In this document: positions 1 to 13,481 of the stretch, in pieces | Layout: each line of letters begins with the position of its first letter | Numbering within the stretch: position 1 is the first letter of the stretch | Translations under genes and position numbers: made by a program | Assembly: GCA_963514005.1 (NCBI GenBank) | Contig: OY740790.1 | Span: 51,026,001-51,090,000 of the forward strand | From: Raja brachyura | Taxonomy: Eukaryota | Reading direction: 5' to 3' | DNA: 64,000 bases | Notes under the pieces: model-generated | The model's input: the letters and a program-made list of their open reading frames with translations, nothing else | What the model was told of the DNA's origin: nothing | The model's database searches: none

Positions 1-57
1 AGCATTTTGTGTCTTATCTTCGATTTAAACCAGCATCTGCAGTTCCTATACTTACTG

Positions 58-2619
58 AACAGTAGCCTGGGCATAGGGCGCAAGTTGAATCAGGAGTTAA
101 AATTGGCATGTAGTAAAAGTAATGCTGTGGTTGTTATGCAAGATTTCAACATGCAGGTAAACTGGGATAATCGGGTGGGTACTGGACCCCAAGAAAGGGA
201 CTTTGTAGAGTGCCTTCGTGATGGATTCTTTGAACAGCTTGTATTGGAGCCTACCAGGGAGAAGGCAATTCTGGATTTAGTGTTATGTAATGAAGCGGAT
301 TTGATAAAGGACCTCGAGGTTAATGATCCATTAGGAGGTAGTGACCATAACATGGTCAGGTTTAATCTACAATTGGAGAGGGAGAAGAGTAGATCAGAGG
401 TGTCAATGTTGCAGTTGAATAAAGGGGACTATGGGGCCATGAGGGAGGAGCTGGCCAAAGTTGACTGGAAAGATACACTAGCAGGGATGACAGTGGAACA
501 AAAATGGCAGGTGTTTCTAGAAATAATACAGAAGGTGCAGGATCAGTTCATTCCTAGGAGGAAGAAAGATTCCAAGGGGAGAAAGGGATGACCATGGCTG
601 AAAAGGGACGTCAGGGATGGTATAAAAATTAAAGCGAAGAAGTACAAAGTAGCAAAGATGAGCAGGAAGCAAGAGGATTGGGTAATGTTTAAAGAACAAC
701 AGAAGATAACCAAAAAGACAATACGGGGAGAAAAGATGAGGTACGAAGGTAAGTTAGCCAAGAATATAAAGCAGGATAGTAAAAGCTTCTTTAAGTATGT
801 GAAGAGGAAAAAATTAGTTAAGACCAAAGTTGGACCCTTGAAGACTGAAAAAGGTGAATTTATTCTGGGGAACAATGAAATGGCAGATGAGTTGAACAGG
901 TACTTTGGATCTGTCTTCACTAAGTAGGACAAAAACAATCTTCCTGATATAGTAGTGGCTAGAGGATCTGGGGTGACAGAGGAACTGAAGGAAATCCACA
1001 TTAGGCAAGAAATGGTGTTGGATAGACTGGTGGGACTGAAGGCTGATAAATCCCCACGGCCTGGGTCTGCATCCCAGGGTACTTAAGGAAGTGGCTCTAG
1101 AAATCGTGGATGCATTGGTGATAATTTTCCAAAGTTCCATAGACTCAGGATCAGTTCTTGTGGATTGGAGGGTAGCTAATGTTATCCCACTTTTTAAGAA
1201 AGGCGTGAGAGAGAAAAACGGGGAATTATAGACCAGTTAGCCTGACATCGGTGGTGGGGAAGATGCTGGAGTCAATTATAATAGATGAGATAGCCGCACA
1301 TTTGGATAGCAGTAACAGGATCCGTCCGAGTCAGCATGGATTTATGAAGGGGAAATCATGCTTGACTATTCTTCAGGAAATTTTTGAAGATGTAACTAGG
1401 AAAATGGACAAGAGAGAGCCAGTGGATGTAGTGTACCTGGACTTTCAGAAAGCATTTGATAAGGTCCCACATAGGAGATTAGTGGGCAAACTTAGGGCAC
1501 ATGGTATTGGGGATAGAGTGCTGACATGGATAGAGAAGTGGTTGGCAGACAGGAAACAAAGAGTAGGGATTAACGGGTCCATTTCAGAATGGCACGCAGT
1601 GCCTAATGGGGTACTGCAAGGCTCGGTGCTGGGATCGCAGCTATTTACAATATACATCAATGATTTAGATGAAGGGATTCAAAGTAACATGAGCAAATTT
1701 GCAGATGACACAAAGCTGTGTGGCAGTGTGAACTGTGAGGAGGATGCTATGAGAATGCAGGGTGACTTGGACAGGTTGGGGGAGTAGGCAGATGCATGGC
1801 CAATGAAGTTTAATGCAGATAAATGTGAGGTTATCCACTTTGGTAGCAAAAACAGGAAGGCAGATTACTATCTAAATGGTGTCAAGTTGGGAAAAGGGGA
1901 AGTACAACGGGATCTGGGGGTCCTTGTACATCAGTCTATGAAAGTAAGCATGCAGGTACAGCAGGCAGTGAAGAAAGCGAATGGCATGTTGGCCTTTATA
2001 ACAAGAGGAATCGAATATAGGAGCAAAGAGGTCCTTCTGCAGTTGTATAGAGCCATAGTGAGACAACGCCTGGAGTATTGTGTGCAGTTTTGGTCCCCTA
2101 ATTTGAGGAAGGACATTCTTGCTATTGAGGGAGTGCAGCGTAGGTTTCTAAGGTTAATTCCCGGGATGGCGGGACTGTCATATGCTGAGAGAATGGAGCA
2201 GCTGGGCTTGTACACTCTGGAGTTTAGAAGGATAAGAGGAGATCTCATTGAAACATATAAGATTGTTAAGGGTTTGGACATGCTTGAGGCAGGAAACATG
2301 CTCCCAATGTTGGGGGAGTCCAGAACCAGGGGCCACAGTTTAAGAATAAGGAGTAAGCCATTTAGAACTGAGACGAGGAAACACTTTTTCTCACGGAGAG
2401 TGGCGAGTGTGGAATTCTCAGCCTCATAGGGCGGTGGAGGCAGGTTCTGTGGATGCTTTCAAGAGAGAGCTAGATAGGGCTCTTAAAAATAGCGGAGTCA
2501 GGGGATATGGGGAGAAGGCAGGAACGGGGTACTGATTGGGATGATCATCCATGATCACATTGAATGGCGGTGCTGGCTCGAAGGACCAAATGGCCTACTC
2601 CTGCACCTATTGGCTATTG
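58..2619 (+). mobile_element. CR1 (HER1-like) LINE, 5'-truncated, ORF2 (APE endonuclease + RT) disrupted by stops and frameshifts
   Basis: ORF pieces 7-591 (DFNM, SDHN endonuclease motifs), 658-927, 1251-1787 (YLDFQKAFDKV, QGSVLG, KFADD) and 1803-2429; CR1 3' UTR stem-loop ggtgctggctcgaaggaccaaatggcctactcctgcacc. Confidence 0.95.
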
Positions 2620-4384
2620 AAAGCAATTTTTTTTTTCTCTTGGCACCCTGCTTCACTGACCTGGGACATGGACTTGAGTATAACTGCTGTGAATGGGTGC
2701 TGCGCAGACAGGAAAGCATACAATTAGAAGAAAAGGCAACATTTTTTTCACGTTTTCATTGCTTGTATGATTTCTGGTGGTTTACTTTTCTTGAGTGAAT
2801 AATGTATTTGCAATAAAGCATCTACCATCGTGGTTACTCTTCGAATTTTCTGCAAGTGAAGGAATTAACCTAAGAGAAAAGATTCTGGGATATGAGAGGT
2901 ACATTTGCAAACTGTCATCTTGTCCACATGCTTCCATCATTTAAATAGATATAAATGTTGCAATGTTTAAATACATTTATGAAATTACATGCTTGTTCAT
3001 GAAGCTCTTCCTCTTTATCATCAATGTTTTCAAACTGGTTCGAGGAAATCAGTTACAAGACCAATTAAGAATGAAACGTATTCATTCTACTCTCATTATT
3101 GGTAAAGTTGTGGGTTTTCAGAGAGGGATCTGAATGATTTGAGTGCATCATTTTGCACCATTACAACATTGACCAAAGTGTGATTTTTGTTCTCTTTCCT
3201 TTTCATTCATTAGTGTGTCTTATTGCATTGTATCCTGTACTCTGACAAAGAAGCTTTCTGCTTGTTCTCTTTATTAAGTGAAATGGAACAGAGTAGAATC
3301 GCTGAGAACTGAATTTTCTGCAGCTAGTTTAGCTCTTGCACAATAATATTGTTAATTCTTCCCAAGTGCGATTCTTCACCCCCCCCTCCCCCCCCCCCCC
3401 CAGTATCATTAGGACTCGTGGTAGAAACAAACAGATGATAATCCATTTTTAACTCGCTGTTCATTATTTTAGAGTGATGTTCTGCAGTCTTAGATGAGTG
3501 TACTTTTGTTCTACCAAACAAGAAAACCCATGTAACATTAGAACATAAATCTGTATATAAACCTCTAGTTTCTCCAGTTCATTTCTGTTCATTGGTGTAT
3601 GTGTGCTCAAAACCAAAAGACAGAAGCTTAATATTAAGAAGTTTCCAAGAAAGGTTGGCGATCAGAATGTGTTTTTTATTCCCAAACATTAGCAAAGAAA
3701 GGAGTAAGCACTCTGTAAACATTAACAAGACCAGGCATTTTATTCCATAGAGGGAATTTGATTCATTGGAACTTCTCTGAGGTGGTCCCAGGATAAGATG
3801 ACTCATTTGCGGAAGAAACTATGGCAGGTATCAGGATGTTGTTGAATGTTGGGGGTTGAAGGATATTGTGTAAGAAATAGATATACAGGAAAAAAAAGAA
3901 TAAAGTCTGAAACCAAAACAGAAAATGATAAAGCTCTCAACAAATTAAACGGAATCCATGGTCATTTTCACAGAGCTGCCTGTCTGAATTTGAAAAAGAT
4001 AAGGTAAATGGAGCACATTTTTATTTTTGTGCCTTGTTCTATAACTAGGCGTTGGCACCCAACTAGATTGGTTTTAGTTTTTCAAGAATACAACGAAAGG
4101 TGTTTAGCCACTGCTGATGACCGTGCACAGTGAGGGCTCACTACAACGCTGCTGATGCACAACCATCCAGTCTGTGCAAGGAACAAACTTGTTACGTGCA
4201 GTGGAATTCATTGTTTTCATACTTTCTTTTCTCCGCAGTCTAATTGCTATTTTCCTGCTCTTTGAATTATGGTATGCAATAAATTGGTGATCAACTTTTG
4301 ACTGGTTTGACTTGCAGGAAAAAAACGAAGTATTAAAAAAAACGACTATAGTGGCGAAGAGTATTTAGAGTATTACCATCTGAA

Positions 4385-4585
4385 TTGGAACTTAGTGGGT
4401 CAGACAACATCCATGCAGGCAGAGGGATGGTGGTGGTTTTGGGTCAAGATCCCATTGATCTGAGCCAATGATCATCCTCCTTTAAGTTGGCTTTCACAGC
4501 TCTGCCTGCACAGTTGCTCTCTGACCTGCTGAGTTCCTCTAACTTTGTGCCTCAGCTTACAGCAACTGCAGTCTCCTGTGTTTCT
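4385..4585. mobile_element. Degenerate inverted pair of PLE-derived 3'-end repeats
   Basis: Minus-strand arm at about 4385-4450 (aacttagtgggtcagacaacatcc...ttttgggtcaagatccc) and plus-strand arm at about 4510-4585 (gacctgctgagttcctct...cagcaactgcagtctcc). Confidence 0.55.
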
Positions 4586-5569
4586 TGGTAAAACTCTTGT
4601 ACCTGTATCTGTGCCAGGGCATGTGTGTGGCTGGATTTGGGAGGTTAGGTGGTGCAGATGTGATCTTATCAGCACTTTCCCGCAGACCTGCGATGAAACG
4701 AACAATCAAAGTCAGGCTATCCTCCTTAAATTGGCTTTCATAGCTTTTTAGCCTTTGGTGAAAGCCTGTGATCAGTCATTTGATGATGGCATTTGATATT
4801 TTTAAGTGATCAGCATTCATATGATCATATTTCACACACTGCCAGCATAAATATTGCAATGGTGGCATGTTACCGACTGATATTATATTTTGTTTTGTCA
4901 TTGGGTAACTGTGAGATATTCCCCATCTCAAATGGCCAAGCAGAATAAAATCCAATTGCTTTCTAGAACATTTTTATCCATAGGTATTCACCAGAGGGCT
5001 GGAGGGCCATTTCCAGTTCTGTTGCTCCTTAAACTTTGTTCTCGACAAAGAAGGGAAAAGGTAGATTCAACGAATGATAGTTTCAATGTATGATGGGGGG
5101 TGGTGAGGATTTGTTGAGAGTGAGGGAAATGCATGACATTAGACAAAGATGAGCGAGCATATGAGTCGCAAAGAGTGGTAGATGTGAGGGAGTACAAAAA
5201 TGGAAGAATTCCTGCAAGATAAGAAGTCGGAGAAGTGGCATACTGGAAAAGGCACAAGAAAGCAGATTTAAGTATTCATAGATGTTGTATGCAATATACT
5301 ATTTATTGTATTTGCCTTTTCTGCCCTGCTTTTAGCATTGACTCCATGAATAAGGCTCTGTTCTGCTGCAACTGATCTCCTTGATGTACCATTGCTGCAT
5401 CTTCCTTCTGTAGAGAGGGATTTCTCTCCCAGGACCCACATAGACCCATGCAGTACATCTAAAAAGCCTCACCAAGATGCATCATTCAAACATCTGGAAT
5501 CCATTCCTTGAATTCCTCTTGTTGTATTCATTGCAAAATGTATTGAATTGGATGTTTGGGAACATCCCT

Positions 5570-5668
5570 CAAACTTCAACTGTCCACAGATGATGTCCGA
5601 TCTGCTTAGCTCCTCCAGCAACTTGTTTTTTGGTATCAGGTCCCAGCATCTGCAGTCTCTTGTGCCTC
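5570..5668 (+). mobile_element. PLE-derived 3'-end fragment
   Basis: cagatgatg...gctcctccagca...ccagcatctgcagtctc matches the terminus of the other copies. Confidence 0.6.
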
Positions 5669-7530
5669 CTTAAATTCTGATGTTGACATACTAAATGAAC
5701 TGTAGATACTGACCGATGTGTAATTTTATAGGCACTAGCAGCACTCTTGGGTGTTACTAGATGGCCCTGCAACTATGTCAACTAGACTTGGATTTTGAAA
5801 AGATTACCGAACTGGACATCCTTGAGACACCATCAGGTATTAACAACGATAGCCAAATTGTATTCCAGCCACGGTTAACAATTTTGTGGCTCACTCTAAC
5901 ATTTTCATGGAGTCATTTTCTTTTCCCCAGTCTCCGTTTTGTGCTCAGAGTAGGAAACAACTTGTTCCTTCCTCTACTTAGTGTAGGACACTAGCCTGGT
6001 TAAAATGTTACAGCATTTTTTAGGAATTATGGTGGCAAAATTAGATTATGATCTTACTTATCAAAGGAAACAATTATGGATATTAAAAAAATATCTTCAC
6101 ATGGTAGGCGGGAGGATCTGGAAGTCACTGAGTCTTTGGTTTACTTAAGAAGTGCCTGGATTTATATTTGAGGAACCACGACAACAGGGCTACAGATCAA
6201 ATGCTGGAGATGGGATTAGATGGCACTGCTCTTTCTCTAAAACACAGGATGCTGGGTGGATTAGCTTTCCGTGTTGCAACCTTTTAGTGGTGGAGAAGGA
6301 GGCTTCTGGGCTGGATGCCATTTCCTCTCTTGTACTTCTATTTCCTGTGCTCCATTGTTCACTCCTCAATCAAATTGGCAAGTCTTTCTAAAAACAAAAT
6401 CAAATAATTGAGATCTTAGTCTGGCAAGAACATGTGACCCTTTAAATTAAATAACAAGAATACCAAGGGAATATCTGCACAGAAAAGGGAACTTGCTCTG
6501 TTACCAGGAAGTTGACACAAGTATGAACTACATGTGATCCTTGAGACAAAATAAGGAATTGGTAAGGATTTATTTATGTTGATTGCGAAGTTTGATTTAC
6601 TTTAAAAAAAAACCCCTGCAATTATAGGCACTTTCTGCAGTCAAAATGTCTGATATTTGAAAGATCCATGTTCAATTTAACATTACACCCCCCCATCTTT
6701 CACAGTTTTTGTTTCCTTGAGTAAGTGACTATAAACATTTCTGGATGATATTTGTGAAAATACTTCATAGGAATGTGCGTACATTTGAAAATGATTTCTA
6801 TTACACAAGGTAAAAGTTAAAATGCTGATCTATCTGTATGTCAATGAATGCCAGAACGCAACACTTCTTTTGTCGGCTGCAATAGTTTTTAAAGCATATT
6901 TTGTTGGTAATTCCTGGGCAGACAAGCAGTCTCTTATGTAAATTTGCACTATATAGAATTTCTTTTAGCAATTGTTTGCTCTGGCAATTTGCGGCAAAAT
7001 GGAACCTTCACAAATGGATAGAGATTTAAAAAAATATTATCTCAGTTTAAGTGAAACTTGAAGAAAAGCTAAAGTTGGAATAAATGCTTATCGATTCAGT
7101 AGAATCTTAGCAGCTACTTGTGTCAGCCGTTTTGTGGAATAACTCTGAGGAAGAATTACATTAATAAAGATGATTTTCTTCAGATAGAACGTTATCTGAT
7201 GTAAGCAAAAGCCATAAGGTGCTGTTTGGGGAAAAGAAGGGATAGATCTTTCCATGTCCAGGCCAATGGTTATTCTTCAACTAACATTACCAAAATAATT
7301 GAGTTTTCAATCATCTTGTTGTTGAAGTGACCTTGCTACGGTGAACTGGTTGCAAGAGAAACAAAATGACTAAATTCCTTCCAAGTTGGATATATACCTG
7401 TCTGGTGTGGGAATCACATGTTATAAAAAGATAGGCATGTCAGAAAATGTAGTGTTTTTTTTTCTACATTGTTTTTGGGCAACAATTAATTGCAATTTCA
7501 ATATTTTTTGCCCTTTTCACCAAAATCTGT

Positions 7531-7973
7531 TAGACAATAGGTGCAGGAGTAGGCGATTCAGCCCTTCGAGCCAGCATCGCCATTCACTGTGATCTTGGCT
7601 GATCATCCACAATCAGTACCCCGTTCCTGCCTTCTCTCATCTCTTGACTCCACTATTTTTAAGAACTCTATCTAACTCTCTTTTGAAAGCATCCAGAGAA
7701 TTGGCCACTGCCTTCCACAGATTCACAACTCTGGGTGAAAACGTTTTTCCTCAACTCTGTTCAAAATGGCCTACCCCTTATTCTTAACCTGTGGCCTCTG
7801 GTTTTGGACTCCCCCAACATCAGGAACACGTTTCTTGCCTCTAGCATGTCCAATCCCTTAATAATCTGATATGTTTCAACAAGATTCCCTCTCATCCTTC
7901 TAAATTCCAGTGTATACAAGCCCAGTCGCTCCATTCTATCAACATATGATTGTCCCGCCATCCTGGGAATTAA
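7531..7973 (-). mobile_element. CR1 3' fragment
   Basis: ORF 7761-7961 (RLGLYTLEFRRMRG...TRGHRLRI) plus the reverse-complement CR1 3' UTR. Confidence 0.93.
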
Positions 7974-8360
7974 TACGGATACGGTGTATGTCTATATGTG
8001 ACGCAAAATATCGTAGTTTTGAGGTCTAGACTGTGTGGACTAGAAATCTATTGTTACATAGTTTTACATTATTTACCTTTACTGTAAGAATATTTCCATA
8101 ATAGAAAATAAATTATGTGCAATCAAGCATCTGGGAACATCCTGTGGACATGAATGGGGGCATGGATGTGACTATCTGACAGTACGATTGAACTCCATCG
8201 CATAGTCAATCTTGACCCGTATAGTAGCAGCAGATTTTCATATCTTTCGAGAAGTAACTCTCTAGCCGCCTTTTGGATGAGCATGGATAAGGGGAATATC
8301 TTCGATACGCATGCGAGCTCACTCAGAGCTTCTTCACAGATATAGCTTCAACCCATAGTC

Positions 8361-11300
8361 TTTTTTTTTAAATATTTTTTTATTTGAAGTAACCAGTTTA
8401 CAATGTATAACACACATTTAAAACATCATCTTAATTCAAAATTTCTACAAATAGCACATCGATAATTAATATCGTCTGTTTTTTTGGAAATAAAGATAGA
8501 AAAAGATATATAATAAAGAGGAAAAGAAAAAAAGAGATAGAAATAGAAAACAATCTACAAATACAAATTTAAAAAAATATATATATTATATATATATAAA
8601 TCAAAAACAACTAAGTACATTATACATGAAATTATTTCAAACAATAATATCAATGGGACATGCGCATTAATCCCATATGTAAATAAGTTATTCTCATCGG
8701 ATTCCGTAGGGTGCCCGTCGAGCCGTGATGCCAAGAACAGCTACTTCTCTAGATACTGTATATATGGAGACCATATCAGTTCAAAAGAATTATACCTGTC
8801 CAATAGGACAAATCTAATTCTTTCCAAATATAACGTCTCCTGCATCTCTGCTGTCCACATTTTAATTGTTGGGGATAATGTTCCCTTCCAAAATTTCAAT
8901 ATGATTTTTTTCCCTATTATCAAACAGTAATCAAAGAAATTTCTTTGATCTACTGTCAAAACCAAACTTAATTCCGGAATTCCAAATATTATTAATTTTG
9001 GGTCAGGGTCCAGTTTAACTTTAAGAACTTCAGAAATTACTTTAAAAATTTCTGTCCAGTAATAATTCAACTTAGGGCATGTTACAAAACTATGTATTAA
9101 GTTTGCTTCTAGATTCTTACATTTATCACAAATAGCGGAGAGATTGGGAAAAATACTATTTAATTTGGTTTTCGAATAATGTAATCTATATAGTACTTTA
9201 AATTGTATTAATATATGTCTAGCATTTAAAGAACACCGATTTATTCTCTGTAAGCTTTCTTCCCAAATTTCTTTTGTTATAGGTAATCCAATTTCATTTT
9301 CCCATGCTTGGCGATATGTTTCAGTTATTGGGGTCTCTTTATCTAGAATAATATTATATATATGAGCTATTAACTTTTCCGTATTTGGATGTAAATTAAA
9401 CAAACCATCTAATAAGCCTGGTTCTTTATTTTTATAATCTTGTGTATTACATTTAATGTAATCTCTAATTTGTAAATATCTAAACAAATGTTGTGAAGGC
9501 AATCCAAAAATATCTTGCAACTCTTCAAATAATAAAAAATTTCCATTTCTATAAAGGTGTCCTATCCTTTTAATTCCTAAATCCTCCCAGAGTCTAAACC
9601 CCGCATCTAATATTGAGGGTTTAAACAATGGGTTATTCCTAATTGGTAACCTGAAGGATAGATTATCCAGATGTAAAGTCTTAACTATCTGTTTCCATAT
9701 ACGCCTATTATTATAAATTATAGGGTTATCCCTATAAATCTTTTTTTGTACTTCCTTTGGCGCAAAGAGAATCGAGCCTATATTAAAAGGTAAACAGTCT
9801 TCCTTTTCCATCTTTAACCACATTGGTTCATTATCCAGATTTATCCACCAAAAATTCATATTCTTAATCTGAACTGCCCAAACGTAATATAAAAAATTTG
9901 GAAGTGCTAACCCTCCATTTATCTTAAACTTACATAAGTGTTTTTTTACTTATTCTATGACTTTTATAGTCCCAAATAAAACTATTAACAATATTATCAA
10001 TTTTCTTAAAAAAAAATTTCGGGAGAAAAAAAGGAATAGCCTGAAACAAATATAACAATTGTGGTAAAAAAATCATTTTTATAGCATTAATTCTACCAAC
10101 CATAGATATAGGAAGTGTTTTCCAATATGAAATATTTTTTATAAGTTTATCTAATAATTGAGGACAATTAGATTTAATTAATAATTTATAGGATTTAGGT
10201 ACATTAATTCCTAAATATTTAAATTTATCTGTGACTATTTTTAATGGATATTGTTGCAATATATTTACATTTATGCCAGTTATAGGCATAATTTCACTTT
10301 TATTCCAGTTAATCCTATATCCTGAAAATATACTAAATTCATTTATAACATTAAATAAGTTGGGAATACTGCATTCCGGTCTTGTAATATAAATCAAAAC
10401 ATCATCTGCATATAAAGATATTTTATTAATTGTTGTATCAGTATTATAACCATATATTTCAGGTTCAGATCTAATTCTTTCAGCCAAAGGCTCTATGACC
10501 AAGGCAAATAATAAAGGGGATAACGGACATCCCTGTCTGCATCCCCTAAATAGTTTAAATTTAGGTGATAGTATTTGATTAGTTAAAATTCTTGCAGTAG
10601 GATTAGAGTATAATATTCTTACCCATTTACAGAATCCATCCCCCAATTGAAACTTTTCCATTATATTAAATAAATATGACCATTCCACCTGATCGAATGC
10701 TTTTTCTGCATCCAACGATATAACTGCTAATTCTGTGTCTCTTTTTCTTTTCGAATATATGATATTAAACAGGCGCCTGAGATTGTGTGATGAATAACGT
10801 TTTGGAATAAAACCTGTTTGATCGTGATGTATTATTTTAGAAATCACTAAACTTAGCCTCCGAGATAGTACTTTAGTTAATATTTTTTGGTCAGTATTTA
10901 AAAGAGCAATCGCTCTATATGATCCAGGATCTTCCAGATCCTTGTCTAACTTAGGAATGAGTGTAATTGTAGATTCGTTTAAGGATTCTGGTAATTTTCC
11001 TAGTTCATATGCATATCTATACACTGTCTGTAATCTTGGTGAGATTAGATCATTAAATTTTTTATAAAATTCTGCACTCAGGCCATCAGGGCCCGCGGTT
11101 TTTCCATTTTTTAACGAACCAATTGATTCTTCAATATCTCTTACTGATATTTCAGCATTTAACAATTGTCTACTTTCCAGATCTAGCCTATTAATATGAC
11201 ATTTGTCTAGAAATTTTTCCATTTCATCTGTTTGCCCTGTTGATTTTGATGAATAAAGATTTTGATAATATTGTAAAAATGTGTCATTAATATCCTTTGG

Positions 11301-11460
11301 TATAGTCAGTATGTTTCCCTGCATAGATCTAATACTATGTATAGTTTTTTCATCGTCTAATTTTCTGAGTTGTCGTGCTAATAATTTTTGTGGCTTATCT
11401 CCAAATTCAAAATGTACTTGTTTGGTTTTTTGAAAAAGTTTAATAACTTGGTCAGAATAT
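8361..11460 (-). mobile_element. L1-clade LINE, 5'-truncated, with poly(A) and a 14-bp TSD
   Basis: RT motifs SLDAEKAFD, GCRQGCPLSPLLF and LYADD in ORF 9930-11522; C-terminal CxxC..H..C in ORF 8741-9859; T-tract at 8361; TSD acccatagtctttt (8351-8364) / acccacagtctttt (11461-11474). Confidence 0.95.
8741..11460 (-). pseudogene. L1 ORF2 (RT + Cys-rich domain), endonuclease lost by truncation, one frameshift
   Basis: Removing one T from the T7 run at 9941-9947 joins the two ORFs (…ISKKHLCKFKINGGLALPNF…MNFWW). Confidence 0.88.
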
Positions 11461-12028
11461 ACCCACAGTCTTTTGATGAATAAATGCTTTATTGTTGATA
11501 GAAAACAGTGAGATACATCCAAATTTAATTCGACTCGTTACTGCAATCTTCATCGAATTCCAGCTTATTACGTTAAACATTAGAAAACTCGCATGATCTC
11601 CTTTATAGCTCGAAACACGCCCAAAAACACTTCTTAAATCCCACCCACAATATAACAGGCCGTCTAAAATTTAAAGGCACATGCCATCATCAATGACATT
11701 CAAAGCAGGCCAAATGGCCACTACAGTAGTTGCTTGGGAATTGAGAAATCTGAAATAGGATTGTGCAAAAACGTATTTTGTGCTACTTAGATTTTGTCCT
11801 TTCAAATTTAAGAGCCAACTTTAAATTTACATGTGAGTTAGAAGAGGGGCAATCTGAAGTATTTTAAATTTCTATTGAAGGGATAAATATGTCACAGAGA
11901 TCATTTCAGGTGCCAAATGGAAAATAATTCACATGAGGTTCCTTGAACACCATGAAAACACATGTTTTATGCATTATGTTGTTGCTGGTGTAACTAAAAA
12001 AAAGATGGTTAACCAATTCTGTAATGAG

Positions 12029-12085
12029 GCCAGCTCTTGGCCTCTGCATTTCATAATATGAATTTTTATCATTATCATTTTTCAA
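12029..12085 (+). repeat. 57-bp dispersed direct repeat, copy 1
   Basis: 55/57 identical to 16550-16606. Confidence 0.9.
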
Positions 12086-12544
12086 GCACTACAATTGGTT
12101 AATAAGAAGCAACCAATCTACAATATCCTGTTCAGAAATCCTAGTATCTCTCATAAATTGGTTCAAATTTCTCCATAACCTTTTTTCATCAGCTGTTTTA
12201 TTCCTTTTTGCTATTTTAATTACCTCTTTTAATTCTGCTTATTTATAATTTTATAGATAAAACAATTTAAGTGTTGCCTTAATTTTTAATTCTACAATTA
12301 ATATTGTCAATATTGAGAGTATTATTATGTTGATGGTAAATATAAAATGGGATTTTTTTTTTTTTAAGGTCATCCCAACATTTAATATCCTCTTTTAATA
12401 AATGCTCTTGGATGATTTGTTTTCAGAAGTATTTTGCATCCATTGGCAAAAGGAATTAGCTACTGGGGGAAAGCAAGCCCAGGGTTGAAATAAGTCATGA
12501 ATTAATAAAGGCATTATAAATGAACCCAAGTTATCTGATGTGTT

Positions 12545-12755
12545 GGTAGACACAAAATGCTGGAGTAACTCAGCGGGTGTGGCAGCATCTATGGAGAGAA
12601 GGAATTGGCGATGTTTCGGGTCAAGACTGAAGAAGGGTCTCGACCCGAAACATCGGCAATTCCTTCTCTCCATAGATGCTGCCTCACTCACTGAGTTACT
12701 TCAGCATTTTGTGTCTACCTTCGATTTACCAGCATCTGCAGTTCTTTCTTAAACA
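12545..12755. mobile_element. Palindromic (fold-back) PLE-derived element with a hammerhead motif
   Basis: About 80-bp arms, 12545-12627 and 12637-12719, are reverse complements of each other; both strands encode AASMERRN in the ORF track. Confidence 0.88.
12627..12654 (+). ncRNA. Minimal type I hammerhead ribozyme motif (ACGU palindrome mutated to ACAU)
   Basis: CTGAAGA-A-GGGTC-TC-GACCC-GAAA-CATC. Confidence 0.6.
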
Positions 12756-12779
12756 AAATGTAGCTAACTTATTTTTTGT

Positions 12780-12865
12780 TTATTATGAATACTATTATGC
12801 TACTGTAAGTAAGAATTTTGTTGTTCCCTTTTCAGTACATATGACAATTAAACACCCTTGCCTCT
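12780..12865 (+). mobile_element. Short LINE 3'-tail fragment (Rex/L2-type)
   Basis: ctgtaagtaagaattttgttgttccc...catatgacaattaaac resembles the tails at 33660-33806 and 59060-59130. Confidence 0.5.
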
Positions 12866-13481
12866 CGATTCCTGATTCTATGTCTGCTGATATTTAGCTT
12901 CCTCCTGTTTCCCGCGATGCTAATGATGCACAACACGTGCTTGAACTTACTTTTAATAAAATAAATATTCTAACATTGAAGCTTATTTTTTGTTACTGAG
13001 TACATAATAGTAATGTGAAATGACAGTTGGATGTATCAAAGGCCAGTGATCCACCTATCCTTTGTGTTCACATCAGCAAGTAGTACAAGGAAGTTCACTG
13101 AGTGAAGATCACTCAAAATCAAAGTTGTACTTTGGAAATGTGAAATTGCTTGCTTTTTATATCGCGATTGGTGAACATGTGTTTTTGATATTACTTCTAA
13201 AACCTCATTCAAATGATATACATTAGCCTTGAATTGCATTTCTTGCCAGGTTAATTTGTCATTGTAGGTTATTTCCTGAATGTTAGATAATTGAACCGTT
13301 ACTAATCTGAATATCTTTTCTTGATGATATAAGACTACCACAAATTTGCTGTAGGTAGTCTGTTACAGGTAGAGCCATGAACATTTGTAGGTTTTTGAGT
13401 GTTAAAACCATATTTTATTAAACAAACACATCAGTTGCCTATTAGTGCAGTAGGTTGGAAGAGTTTGTGATGCATGCTTTA

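Noticed and set aside
3750-3830. AG...GT-bounded exon-like segment
   Set aside because: Stop codons in all three frames.
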